Part shown: one piece after another, positions 13,121-25,371 of the stretch | How the letters are laid out: the number at the start of each line of letters is the position of its first letter | Numbering within the stretch: the stretch's first letter is position 1 | NCBI GenBank assembly: GCA_026026165.1 | Contig: JAPEUD010000019.1 | Location: 248,001-312,000, forward strand | From: Sarea resinae | Taxonomy: Eukaryota | Direction of reading: 5' to 3' | Length of the DNA: 64,000 nucleotides | Made by a program: the position numbers and the translations under genes | Notes under the pieces: generated by a model | Told to the model about the DNA's origin: nothing | Seen by the model: the letters and a program-made list of their open reading frames with translations, nothing else | The model's database searches: none

Positions 13121-14200
13121 ATGCCACCGACACTGCCCCGCCCGGGGCTGCATCTGCCCTCCTTCCTCCTCCCCTCGAACCTGATCCTCCCTGCCACCGC
13201 AAAACGCTCCATCCAATCCATCCATCCTCCCCGACCCAACCGCTTCAATTACTCCGCCGATATTCCTCCCTTGACCGGCACGACCACCGCCGCCCTGGCC
13301 CGCAAAGCCGCCACCACTCCTCTCCGCACCGGCGCCCTCGCCACGAAAAAGGGCATGACAGCCCTGTACGATCCAGCAACGGGAAAGCGCACGCCGTGCA
13401 CGGTGCTCCAACTCGACCGCGTGCAAGTCGTGGCGCACAAGACGCGCCACCAGCACGGCTACTGGGCCGTCCAGGTCGGCGCCGGCTGGAAGCACCCGAG
13501 CAACGTCACGCGGCCGCTGCTGGGCCATTTCGCCGCCCACGGCGTCAGCCCCAAGCGACATCTGGCCGAGTTCCGCGTCAAGGATGAAGCCGGCCTCTTG
13601 GATGTCGGGGAGGCCATTGGCGCGAGCTGGTTCCAGGAGGGCCAGTTTGTGGACGCGAGGGCGAATTGTCGGGGTATGGGTTTTGCGGGTGTAAGTTTAT
13701 CTCTCCCTTTGATCGTTCGCTGGCATCGCCTTGGCTTTGGATGCGAGACTGAGCCTCTACTTAGGGAATGAAACGCCATGGCTTCAGCGGTCAGCCGGCC
13801 TCGCACGGTAACTCGCTTTCGCATCGTGCGATGGGTTCTGCGGGCCAGTCGCAGGGTGGTGGATCCCGAGTGCTGCCGGGCAAGAAGATGGCGGGACGAA
13901 TGGGCGGACAGCAAGTGACGGTGCAGAATGTAAAGGTGCTGAAGGTGGACGAGGAGAAGGGAATTGTGGTCTTGAACGGTAAGCTTTGCAGTCCTGTCTA
14001 TCTATCTAATAACCTCTATCTATTATTCCCTGCAGCGAACTTGCATATGACTAACTTTCGCTCGCCGTGTAGGATGCATAAGCGGCCCCAAGGGCTGCAT
14101 CGTCAAAATCCAGGATGCAATCAAGAAGCCTTGGCCGGAGATGCCTCCGGCGCCTCGATCGGGCTCAGAGGCGGCCGAGCCCCTGACGGCGACGGCATAG
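13121..14200 (+). CDS. MRPL9: Mitochondrial ribosomal protein uL3m
   Basis: [56 protein letters not shown]; 2 introns. Confidence 0.95.
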
Positions 14201-14848
14201 GGATCGAAAATGTGGCTTCGTTCTTTTTGATTCATCGTTTGCTTTTGTATATTACCCATGTACAGCAACCTCACACACACACACACACACATATATAAAC
14301 TGCAAAGACCGTAATAAGCTTCTCGTGTCTCGTCTTTTGTCCCACTCTGCCGTGACGAGTTCTAGCTCAGCTCTCGAAATTCTAAGCATTGAACCTGTCT
14401 ACTTTCGACACGAACCGTGGTCTGATCAAATAACATCCGTCAGGAAGGATTCAGGAAGCCAGCAACCACCGCTGCTCCAGTGCAATGAATTTGTAAGTGT
14501 GGTGGCAGTAACCTCGGATAATATATACAGAATGGCCAACTCTTCTAAGAGAGCTCGCTCAGTACGCATCGCACCCATATACGCCATGCTCATGCTCAAC
14601 AAAAAAACAAACAAACACGGGGTCCCAGACCACGACAGTATGGTAACAGTATTTACACGATTCCCCCTCTCCCCGCTGGGCTGCTCCTTGCCTTCTTGCC
14701 TTCTCCCCCAGAACTGTGCATTGTTCCGGCCTTTCATCTCAAACATCTCCATTTGTCTGCTTCTCTCTCTTCTGCTTGTCTAGCCTCATACTTGACGAGG
14801 AGCTTCGGGGTTGAAAGCCAAAACCACACGATGGGCATTCGGCTTCTA

Positions 14849-15552
14849 TCACTCCTTTCCGTTCTCATTCATCTCGGTATCCTGGAACGGGTCCGGCGCG
14901 TCGGCGTCGAGCAGCTGTAGCACGGTGCCATCGTCGGCCGTGAGCGTCCACTCCTTGGTCTTGAACTATATCGCAATCAGAAGCATCAGTCTCAATCCCA
15001 CATGTCAAAGCCACAACGAACGAAGAAGAAGAAAGACAGGAAGAGCGGAGAAGAGAAAGGGGGAATCAAAGGAGGGGGGGGACCACGCACGAAACCCGTT
15101 CTCGACGTCCTCACACTCCGGAAGCGCATCTCGCCAGCGGCCTTGGTGCCCTTGACCCGATACCGAATGTCGATGCGGCCCTTGAGCTGGTTCAGCTCGC
15201 CCTTGATCCACGGCAGCGCCGAGGCGAAATAGATCTCGTCGCCGAGGAACTCGCGGGCCTTCTCGCTAGTGCGCAGCGCGTACAGGGTCGAGCCCACCAC
15301 CGACGACGACTGCTTCTCGTAGTTGAAGATGGCGAAGAGCGAGCCGCCGCACAGCAGGACGAAGAGCGGGAACGTCTTGCGCCAGCCGCCCGGCGTGATG
15401 TCGGGCAGGGCGCGGTCGGAGCGGCGAGTCAGGAGGGGGCCCGAGCCGGGTTTCGGCGCCGCGATCAGGCTGCGCGTTGTGGTGCGGCTGGCTTTGATGT
15501 GATGTAGGCTGTTGAGTGCGCGGAGTCGCAGTCCGAGGCGTGAGGCGAGCAT
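14849..15552 (-). CDS. COA1: Cytochrome c oxidase assembly factor Coa1
   Basis: Presequence-like N-terminus; AIFNYEKQSSSVVGSTLYALRTS..LGDEIYF..PWIKGELNQLKGRIDI; one intron; ends ..FQDTEMNENGKE*. Confidence 0.9.
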
Positions 15553-15950
15553 GGTGACGGTAACGGTGATAGTGATGGCACGGATGACAGACGTGGAGTA
15601 AAGACGGATTGGGATTCCGGACAGCGAAAGGAAAGAGGTGGCGCTCCGCAATCACTATTATGGTGTTGATGGCTTGATATTGGCCGTCGACGACGAGGTG
15701 AAGGTTCTCTGCACGCACCACACACCATCGCTCGGCCAAACATGCCATTCTGGGACTCGGCGGGCTCCGGAGAAACAGTTGCTCCGAGCACAGCGAGAAC
15801 AGCAAGTGCAGCCGAGGCCCTACATCATAATGCTCTCTGCTGCCTACATGTGCGCACGCAAAACAAAACACCAGACGCCCCATCGCCCATCGCCCAGACA
15901 ACTCCCACCACCAGCTGCCCACGGCATCAAGCACTACTGCTGTTTCCATT

Positions 15951-17102
15951 ATGGCAGCCGCCGTGACGCGCCTGAGGAAAACATTCCGCTACCCGACCGA
16001 CGATGCGCACTTCTCGGGCGAAGACGACGACGACGACGATGACATTGGCGAGGACCTCGACGAGGAAGGTATGGAGCATGCGCCCAAGCACAACCAGACA
16101 TCAAGCAACTGTCACTGACGATTATGGCATCCGGCTTAGAACAAGAAAAGCTGATCGCGAACCTGCGCGCCCAGAACCAGGCCCGGAACAAATTCTACAT
16201 TGTCAGTCTCTCCCCCGTCCCCAAAAACCCCCGGCGTAAAACTCCTACAACCATCTAACAAGCCAAGAACGCATTCATCCTGCTCGCCCTGATCTGCCTC
16301 CCCACATACGTCCCAGGCCTCTTCTCCCCTCTCACCGCTCCATCCTCCCGCCCACGACCACACGCACACGCACAATCGCAATCACCACTGGCGCCAACGT
16401 CGCCGACGCCGCCGCCGCCCCAGACCCCAGCGACGCAGCAGTACGAGCCCGCGCCTAGTCTACGTTTCCTGCTCAGCGCGCTGAGTATCACGTCTCTGCT
16501 CGCGACCGCGTACACGTTGCGCTACCTCACGCCATCCCTGTCTCCATCTCCTTCATCATCCTCATCATCCCTTTCCTCTACCGCCGCCCCTACCAAGACC
16601 ACCACCGCGAACCCAAAAGGACCACCCAGACCCCCCAAAGCGCGCGAGATTCTCCGTCAAGGCGGCCACAACTACGGCTACGGCTACGGCCACGGCGTCG
16701 ACCACGGCGTCGACATGCCCGCCCCATCCGCTCTACCCAGCAACGCAAAAGCGACAGGGCCATTACAGCACTACCTCCCTCAGCTCAACCGCGTCATCTG
16801 CGCCGTGCTGGCGCTGCCGTCTCTGCGCCCGTCGGCGGCCGTGTCGGGCGTCTGGTACAAGTTCCTGATCCCCGGCTGTGAGTTCCCCCTTCATCCCCGC
16901 CTTTCCTCATTTCCTCCCTTTTCCCTTCCCATCATTTCCCCTCTCACATTCCTCCTCTTCCACCATTGACGGAAGCGCCCCACCGCTAAGTAATCAAACA
17001 GTAATCCACACCATGACGAGCTTAGCCGTGCGCCTGATCCGCTCGTCCAACGCCGACGTCGACGGGCTCGAAGGTCTGAAATACGCCTACAAAGGCGCTT
17101 GA
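15951..17102 (+). CDS. Conserved fungal hypothetical membrane protein, 4 exons
   Basis: MAAAVTRLRKTFRYP..DLDEE|EQEKLI..hydrophobic segments..LEGLKYAYKGA*; canonical introns. Confidence 0.75.
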
Positions 17103-17124
17103 GATTGCCTTTCTGCCCCCTTTT

Positions 17125-17126
<2 letters not shown>

Positions 17127-17160
<34 letters not shown>
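17127..17160 (+). repeat. G34 homopolymer 25 nt after the stop codon of the upstream gene
   Basis: Directly visible. Confidence 0.95.
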
Positions 17161-17586
17161 CTTCTTGGTTGGATTGTGCCTTGCCTTACTTTGCGTGGCG
17201 TCCGGGCTTGCAGTTTCCCAAATGTAAAGAAATCATGCAATGATGATACATCTCCTTCCGTGTCAAATCCATTCTCTCTTATTTTTTCTTTCTTCGTAAA
17301 TCTAGCTGGAAGTGTTCATAACAGCTCGGCCACCCCCAAGGCACATGGCCCATAATCTAGAGCTCAACGGCCACCAAAACGACTTGGAAACCACTTAGTA
17401 GGTAGGTAGCCTAGAATGTATCCATCCATCTATCCACCCGTTCATCCGACCATCCACCCAGTTTTTTTCCCCTCGAGAACAAGGCCAACGTCCACATCCA
17501 CGTTACGTCCACGTACTAGCTCGAGCTCAAGTTCAAGCTCACCCGTGCGAATAAAAGAATGCCTCCCACTCCAAAGCAAAAGCGAA

Positions 17587-20500
17587 TTACATATCGATCG
17601 TCTCATGAAAGCGCAAAACACCGTTGGGCGTAAACATGCCATCGACACCTTCCGGCATCTGCATGTCAAAGAAAGCAGCAGCAGCAGAAGAAGAAGAAGT
17701 ATTAGTACTAGACGAAGAGGCCGACTGAGCTTTCTCGTCGCCAGACGTGTCGGTGATGAGGACTAGACCGGCGACTTTGATAGACTCGGCCAGGGCAGGG
17801 ACGACGCGCTGGGTTGGAGATTCTCGTCAGTGATACGTCGCATGTTGATGAAGTCGGCAAATACAAAACATACCAATAATCTCGATGCGCAGATGATGCC
17901 CATGAAGTTGTTGCTTTGGGCAATACGAACGGCCTCTTTGATCGACAAGGAGTTGTGCCCACTACTCTGGACGGCGGACGAATCCGCCCAAGTACCTTGA
18001 TCGATGCCCAGATCGTTGCAGAAAAGAACCGGATCTGCCTCTCATCAATTTCAATGACGACCAGCGTTGAAAGAAGGGGACCCACAATTAGGTTGCTTCC
18101 AATTCAGAGCAGTACATATATCAGCATTATAGGAGGTAAAAACAATGGATCTTAGAATCTCCGGGGACTTTTCTTTCAACGCCCGCGCTTGGTCGAAGAC
18201 ACACTTCAGGATGGAGTCGGCAAAGTCATTGATGTTGGGCGTTGGCTCTAATCTGGACGCTTGCTCTTCTGCCGCGGTTGGATAGAGGACATGAAGGTCG
18301 AGGTGAATATTCGGAGGAAGATACTCGAGCGCAGCGTGAAGAGATGCGTATGATGTTGCGAGTATCTGATGAATCTGCGCACTGTCTTCCACTCCCATCT
18401 GAGGTAAAGCAGCCAGTGCATCATTATCTCGACCGTGCTGTGCCCCAATGCTTACGAATTGATCATATGTTAGTCTTCCGACGGGAATCTCTATCCCACC
18501 ATGTGAGATCTTCCACGTAGGATTCAAAACCGGGACTCCGTCACTCGTTAATTGCACGAATAATCGAACATACTGTCCCGACAGACTCGACCCAGTGATA
18601 AAGGCACTCTGATGACTTTCGAGCTGGCTGGTTGCCTTCCAGTATGTATCGAAATGCGTGATTTCGAGCGGCACCCCTTGGAACGGCTTTATGACCTGGA
18701 AGTTGAAGCTGATCTGACCAATAGCTCGTAACCTAGGATCGAACAGAGGCAGGCAGCAATGGCCACTGCTGCTGGTAAGAGCGCGGAAGTTAATCGGAAG
18801 CGCCACAGATCGAGCGATGACCTTTGAGCCGAATGTGGGGAAGATGTCGAAATCCAGGGTGAAAGAATCAAGATTGTCAATCTGGAAAGAGACGACCTTA
18901 AACTCTTCGGGGATAGGTAGGAGGAAATTGCGAGGTATTAGATCGGAATGCTTCGAAGACATGGTAAGACGAGCGGCGGGGTATTTGCTGTCATGGTAAA
19001 ATGTTACTGCATCGGAACCACCGGATCCCTCGAAGCTTATCCAGATACATGTCTTGGTATCTAGGAAATTGTGTCCATAGCGGCGTAGAGGAATGATGGG
19101 AGGCGGCAGAGATAGATCTGGTATAGAATCAGGCTCGGTGGCCATGGGGTCTGGCCCTCTGCTCGATGGTATCATGATGGGAGGCGGCTGTGGCTGCGTA
19201 GGTAATGCACGACGGATTCGTCCAGGGTCGGCACCGATGGACGACAACAAATGCATGCATTCGAGATGACCTTCCCAAGTAGCATAGTACATGGCCGGCA
19301 ACTCCTTCTCGTCCAAGATATCCGCCCGAACGCCGCACTCGAGCAAGACTTGAAGACATTCAACATGACCTTCACTAGCTGCGTGAAACAGCGGTGTCCA
19401 TTGGTAAAGCTTGTCGAGCTGATCTAGATCTGCGCCATAATCTTGGAGGACCAGGAGTAGCTGAGGGTTCTTCCCCGACCGCGCAACGAGGTGTTGAGGA
19501 TACAGCCCTTCGGCATCGGCAAGCAACTGCGGATGATGTTGTAGTAAAAGCTTGACAATGGGCAACGAGCCATGTTGGCATGCCAAATTGAGGGGAACAT
19601 GATCCGAGTCGCTATTTGGCTCTATCCTGATGCGGTATGACAGAAGTCGTTCGACACAAGACAGCTGGTCGTGAACGATTCCATGAACGAGAGGCGTAAA
19701 GTTGTCGTGGTCTTTCAGATCGATGATTGAGGGTTTGGCATCAACCAAGACTTGTATAAAATCGACCCGGTCATGCATACAAGCATAGTGCAAAGGTGTC
19801 CGTCCATATACATCCACTCTCGATGCATCAACGCCATCCGACAGGCCTGCTTGGAGAACCGAGATTCGGCCTGCGATTGCAGCTTCGTGCAAACAATTCC
19901 GCTCATTAATCTCGTCTTCGGCGTGAAGATCTATGAGTTTGGTCTCCAGCAGCGCATGCAAAGACTCTTCGGGAGCCTCGCTGATTGCGGCTAGGAAGGC
20001 ACGCGTTAGCCGTGCCGCAGCATCGGGCGCGTTTCGAAAACGAGAGATCCAGTCCTTGGATAAGGAAAGGTTTCCGCCATTCAACGCTTGCAGCAATTGC
20101 GAATCGGTATCATTCTCATCTGCTCCTATAGACTGGCCGCCGCCAGTGGTCGGTATGCTAACGGCATCGAAATGAATGTTCTCTCCCTCAGCCCAAGCGC
20201 CAAGTTCCAATAGGCTTGTGGTTGCTTGATCGGACAGATGACTGATCACGTCGCGGTTGAAACATGGCTGCACCTCGACAGCACGCGAGAGATAGAGCTC
20301 TTTCGTCCGGGACTGTACTAACAATCAACAATCGTGAGCTTGACGAAAATGGTGAGTCGTCTTCGAACCTTTGATGTTTTATCCCACTTTTTCGAGTCAG
20401 TAAAAGCTTAACAAGACGAGTAGGAGTCAAAGCCAACCTTTTTCAAGATCTTCGAGAATGCGGTGGCGTTTATCTCGACGAATTGCTACAAGATGTCAAT

Positions 20501-21249
20501 TACTGCTGGCTAACAAGCTGACTTGCCTCATTACCTGTAGCTTGTTCAGGTCGTTGCCAAACTGTTGGAACCCTTCCTCGAGGGTGACGAAACTTGCTGA
20601 TATCTTGGAGGTGGTCGCACTGCGCGACTGCATCACCTTCTTCTTCTCCAAAAGGGTCTGCAAGCGCAGTTGGAGCTATGTTTCGTGAGCTTCATCGAGC
20701 GAGGGTTTGAGGCTACGCGAACGAACCTCTGCTTCCTTCTGTAGATAGAAGGTGTTGACCTTTTCGAGCTCTCTTTCCTATTCCCAGTAAGCGTCTTGAC
20801 AGCGACGGTATCTAAGGCATTTCGCCGCTGCTTACCAGTCGGAAGAAGAAGGTTGCCTTGTTTGCTTGAAGCGATGCTTGAGGATCAAGCGCTTCATGTG
20901 CCGAGGCGGATGCATTCTGAGGGAGGAGCGTGGGAGTAGCACTCAGTTTTTTGATGAGCTGCTCGCGGGTTAGCATATCAAAAGCACAAGACAAGACCAC
21001 TCCAACTTGCCTTCTTGAGGGCTTTGTAGTTCACGAAGCTCGCTGCATACTCCGGTATGTCTAGCTGCCGTTTCTGAAGATGTTTCCCGAACTTCCTGTC
21101 GATTGCGAAGGAAATGAGTTAGCGCGTTACCGAGGAGAGCGAGAGACGACGCAAAGCGGCCGCGGCTCTCGGTCCCGCTCTCCGCTGCAGCACGGGAGCT
21201 GCAAGGATGGACCGACAAGGCCATCAGACGGCGGTAAGATGACATACAT
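17587..21249 (-). CDS. PHO81: SPX-ankyrin-GDPD-like CDK inhibitor Pho81/NUC-2
   Basis: M|KFGKHLQKRQL..FVNYKALKK SPX start; ankyrin repeats (GRTPLHYAC, WTPLFHAASEGH); LPPPIIPLRRYGHNFLD; LNWKQPN; ends VLRFHETIDM*. Confidence 0.95.
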
Positions 21250-21905
21250 ATTGGGGAGGGCAGAGACCAAGCAAGATGCAAGATTACCCGAAGGACCCTC
21301 ACGGGGCCTCGAGACGGATGGCGAAGAGGAGAGGGATATGGCGATGAGGTTGGGGAATGGTTATCAGAGCAAAGGGCATCGTGCCCTGGACGGGACTGGG
21401 TTGCGTGTGGACTGGGCTGGGCGTCAGTCAGGACGAGGGGCTGATGGTCAATGGAGGGGTTGTGACAGCTGTTGCTGTTGCTGTTGCTGTCGCTGTCGCT
21501 GTCGCTGCCGCTGGCGCTGTCGCTACCGTTTCTTCCCTAATGGGCCACTACCTATGTAGGTAAGATGACTTTTAGGTTCCAGTGTCTGGGGGCAGCCCCG
21601 TCAGTCAGTCAATAGCAATGGCAGTCACGGCAATCGAATAAGGCAGGTGCGCTCCAAGGGGCGCGTCGTTCTGTCCCTTTCTTGACCCTGCGGTTTCCCT
21701 GACGTCCCCAACGGCCCGGTGGTCCACTGAGATCGAGGCTTCGACATCGTCAGAGAGAGGAATGGACGTCAGCGGGGCCAATCAGCGCCCGTGCCCTCGC
21801 AACGTGGGCCTCGGGCCTTTTTGCCGTCGAGACCAGCCTCGCTTATCTTATCTTATCGTATCTTATCTTATCTCCCATCAAGCATCCCAGGGCGGGCAGC
21901 GGGGG

Positions 21906-21907
<2 letters not shown>

Positions 21908-21971
<64 letters not shown>
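21908..21971. repeat. (GA)n microsatellite, about 32 units, between RIX7 and PHO81
   Basis: Directly visible. Confidence 0.95.
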
Positions 21972-21976
<5 letters not shown>

Positions 21977-22062
21977 GTGTGCAGTACTCATAGTCAAAGA
22001 GGCATCATGTATACCTAGCTTTTGATATTGCTACGACCTGGTAGTATGGATACGATCGACGA

Positions 22063-24428
22063 CTACGCTACATCACCCGCCTCCAGTCGGCCCTTCAATC
22101 GCTCATACTTGGACATGTCCCCAACGCTGGGCCGCACTTTGAGCATCGCCGCCTCCAAGTCCTGGAACTCGATGCGGCTCTTCCGCTTGATGGCCGCGTA
22201 GCCTGCCCGTCGCAGCAAGCTCTCGAGGTCGGCACCGCTGAACCCGTGACAGGCCCGGGCGATTTCCGCGATGCTTTCGTCGTCGATGGGCAGTTTGCGG
22301 ATGAGCGTCCGGAGAATCTCGACCCTCTCGTCCGGTCCCGGCAACCCCACAAAGAGTAGCGTCTCCAAGCGCCCCGGTCTCAACATCGCCGGGTCGATGA
22401 TATCCGGTCGGTTGGTCGCCGCGATGACATAGATGCCCGCCCGGTTGCTCAAGCCATCCAGCTCTGTCAAGAGCGTATTGACCACTCGAGCAGAAGCCTC
22501 AGAGAGCGAGTCATCTCTGCGCGGTACGAGAGCATCGAGCTCGTCAAAGAAGATGACGCACGGGATCGAAGACCTGGCTCGCACAAAAACCTGTCGCACG
22601 GAGCGCTCGGATTCACCAACATACTGCTACGGTTAGCTTACAAGCAGACAGATGAGATCGTGGTCTATGTACCTTATTGAGCAGCTCCGGCCCTTTGACA
22701 CTGATGAAGTTTGCTCGAGACTCATTGGCAACGGCTCTTGCAAGTAACGTCTTACCGCACCCAGGAGGGCCCCAGAGAAGTACTCCTGCAGGGGCGGTTA
22801 TACCCACCCGCTCGTAATTCTCTGGATTCTTGATAGGCTCGACGATGGCTGTCTGCAACTCTTCCCGCACAGACATCAAAGCTCCAATATCTTGCCACGT
22901 CGTGTCGGGAATGGTTGCGAAGCCCTCGCGCTTCGACGAGGGCTGAATCTTGGGGAGCGCTGTCAGGAAGTCATCATTGGTGACGGAGATGATGTCGAGA
23001 TTTTCCGATTCCATGGGCTCTTTGGCCAGCTTGATGACACCCCGTAGAGCCAGAACCTTGGCCGAAACAATGGGCTCTTCATTAGGCACATCAACTTCCA
23101 TCTCATTTTCCCCCACAGCTTCCGCCCTGAGTAGCTTCATATATCTCCGTATAGCAGCCGAGCCCGCTGTAGCGACCAAATCATTCAAGTCTGCGCCCAC
23201 AAATCCAGGCGTCATCTTAGCTAGCTTCTGATAATCAAAATCCCCGGAAAGTCGCATTTGCCGAGTAAGAGCACGTAGGATTTGCTCCCTGACAGGCTCG
23301 TTGGGGACGCTCATGTTGATCTCCTTGTCGAATCGACCACCTCTTCTCAAAGCGGGGTCCAGGCTGTCAGGTCGATTTGTTGCCGCAAGGACAACGACAG
23401 CTTTGCCATCAGTCTTCTCAAGAGCCAAGTCATCCATGCACGTTAAAAGCTGAGCTACGATGCGCTTCTCCATCTCTCGTTGTGCGCTCTCTCGTTTCGG
23501 TGTGATAGCGTCGATTTCGTCGATAAAGAGCATGCAAGGAGCCATTCTCTTGGCCTCGTCAAAGTACTCTCTCAGCTGCTTCTCCGACTCTCCGGACATA
23601 CCCGATACAATGGAAGGGGCCGAAATTGGAATGAAAGGAACCCCCAATTCCGCCGCGAAAGCATTGGCAATCATCGTTTTCCCGCATCCTGGTGGACCAT
23701 GAAGCAGCACACCCCTTGGAGGTTGGATTTTCGAGGAAGTATATACTTGGGGTCGCAATAGCGGGAGCACGAGTAGATCTTCAAGCTCCTGGATTATAGA
23801 GTCTACTCCTCCAAGGTCGGCGAGGCTGATATGTGATGGCGGCGACCTGTCCGCAGCCTCAGGAGCAGGCTTTCTCCTTTTCTTAAAAGGCTCTCCGTTC
23901 GACTGCCGTTCGCGTTTCTTCGAGACAGAGGGTTGTCCGTTTGGTTGTGGGGATCCTGGCTGAGTCTTGGCTTCGGACCACATGCCCACCAAACTCTTGT
24001 TCATAATGTTGGATTCCTTCTGGCCATTAGCTATACATATAAACTTGAGGAGCATGGACCTCACAGTCTGCGGCTCGGACTCCTCCATTCCTTCGAAATC
24101 CCCATCAATCGATCCCAACTCATCTTCCCCATTCTCTTCTTTTATAACATCAATCACCCGCTCAATGCTATCTTCCAGCAACTTCTTGCTCTTACGATTC
24201 AAACTCGAGTTAGACTTCTTTATGCGATCGTAGATAGCAGGGACCGAAAGCCGGACACTCTTCCCATCGTCGTACTGCGCTTGCTCGTCGGCAAATTTGC
24301 GGACGATCTGGTAGACCTAAGTGATGGTAAGTATTGAGCAGCTCTTTCGTGCCAGAATTCAACTGCTGCCATACCTCTTTATCTAGGCCTTGACCAAGCG
24401 TTGGCCTCGAAGAGCGTTGTCTTGGCAT
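22063..24428 (-). CDS. RIX7: Ribosome biogenesis AAA+ ATPase Rix7 (NVL)
   Basis: Two AAA domains (GPPGCGKT twice, FIDEID/FFDELD), [35 protein letters not shown]. Confidence 0.96.
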
Positions 24429-24607
24429 GATTGGGGAGATGAAGCACGGTTTGTTGCGCCGAGAAATGAATGTTTGTGGAGTTGGCGATTTCTACAGACG
24501 GGACGGCAAATTCCGGGCGGTGTCGGACTATCGATACATACCTGGTAGGTGTGCAAGCATGCGACCTCTTGATGTTTAGAACTGGATGATCAACGCCCTC
24601 TACAGCG

Positions 24608-25371
24608 ATGGGAAATACCCCCAGCTCTCATAAAATATCTGCTCAGGATAGGTGATTTTCTGGTTCAGACTCGGCATGTTTACTCTAGACTAATTTGATC
24701 TGTCCCCAGAGCTATCCTTGACATGAAAATCCAGCGCGACAAGCTACACCAATACCAGAGGCGCATCACCGTCATAACAGACCGAGAGAAAGCCATCGCA
24801 AGAGAATGCCTTGCCAAGGGCGATAAGAAGAAGGCATTGTTGGCACTACGGCGAAAGAAATACCAAGAATCCCTATTAGCAAAAACGGATGCGCAGCTAG
24901 AGCAGCTAGAGGTCTTGACGAGTAGTGTGGAGTTCGCGCTGGTTCAGAAGGATGTCGTCTTCGGACTGCAGCAGGGGACGAGTGTGCTAAAAGAGATTCA
25001 TAAGGAGATGGGAGGAATAGACAACGTGGAGAAGCTGATGGGCGAGAGCGAAGAGGCCAGAGCATATCAGAGGGTTAGTGTTTCAAACCTAGAGTGCCGT
25101 GTTCTGCGAACTAACATGGATGGTTCTGTAGGAAATTAGTGAGATGCTAGGAGGACGAATATCAAACCAAGATGAAGACGAAGTAGAAGACGAGCTCGAG
25201 GCCCTCGAACAAGAGGTATCAGGCGTCAAGCTTCCAGATGCGCCGACGACAGATATCGAAGGGTCCCTGGAGGAAGGCGAATTAGCGAAGGCGGAGGCGC
25301 AACGGGCGAGAGCGCGGGCGAGAGCTGCTGCAAGAGCTTCTTCCCAACATGCGGAACCAATGATTGCATGA
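24608..25371 (+). CDS. VPS20: ESCRT-III subunit Vps20 (Snf7 family)
   Basis: MGNTPS myristoylation-type start; AQDR|AILDMKIQRDKLHQYQ..ALLALRRKKYQE; 2 introns. Confidence 0.95.

Noticed and set aside
21465..21530. Cys- or Val/Ala-repeat ORFs upstream of PHO81
   Set aside because: Hexamer microsatellite (GTTGCT/GTCGCT) in non-coding DNA
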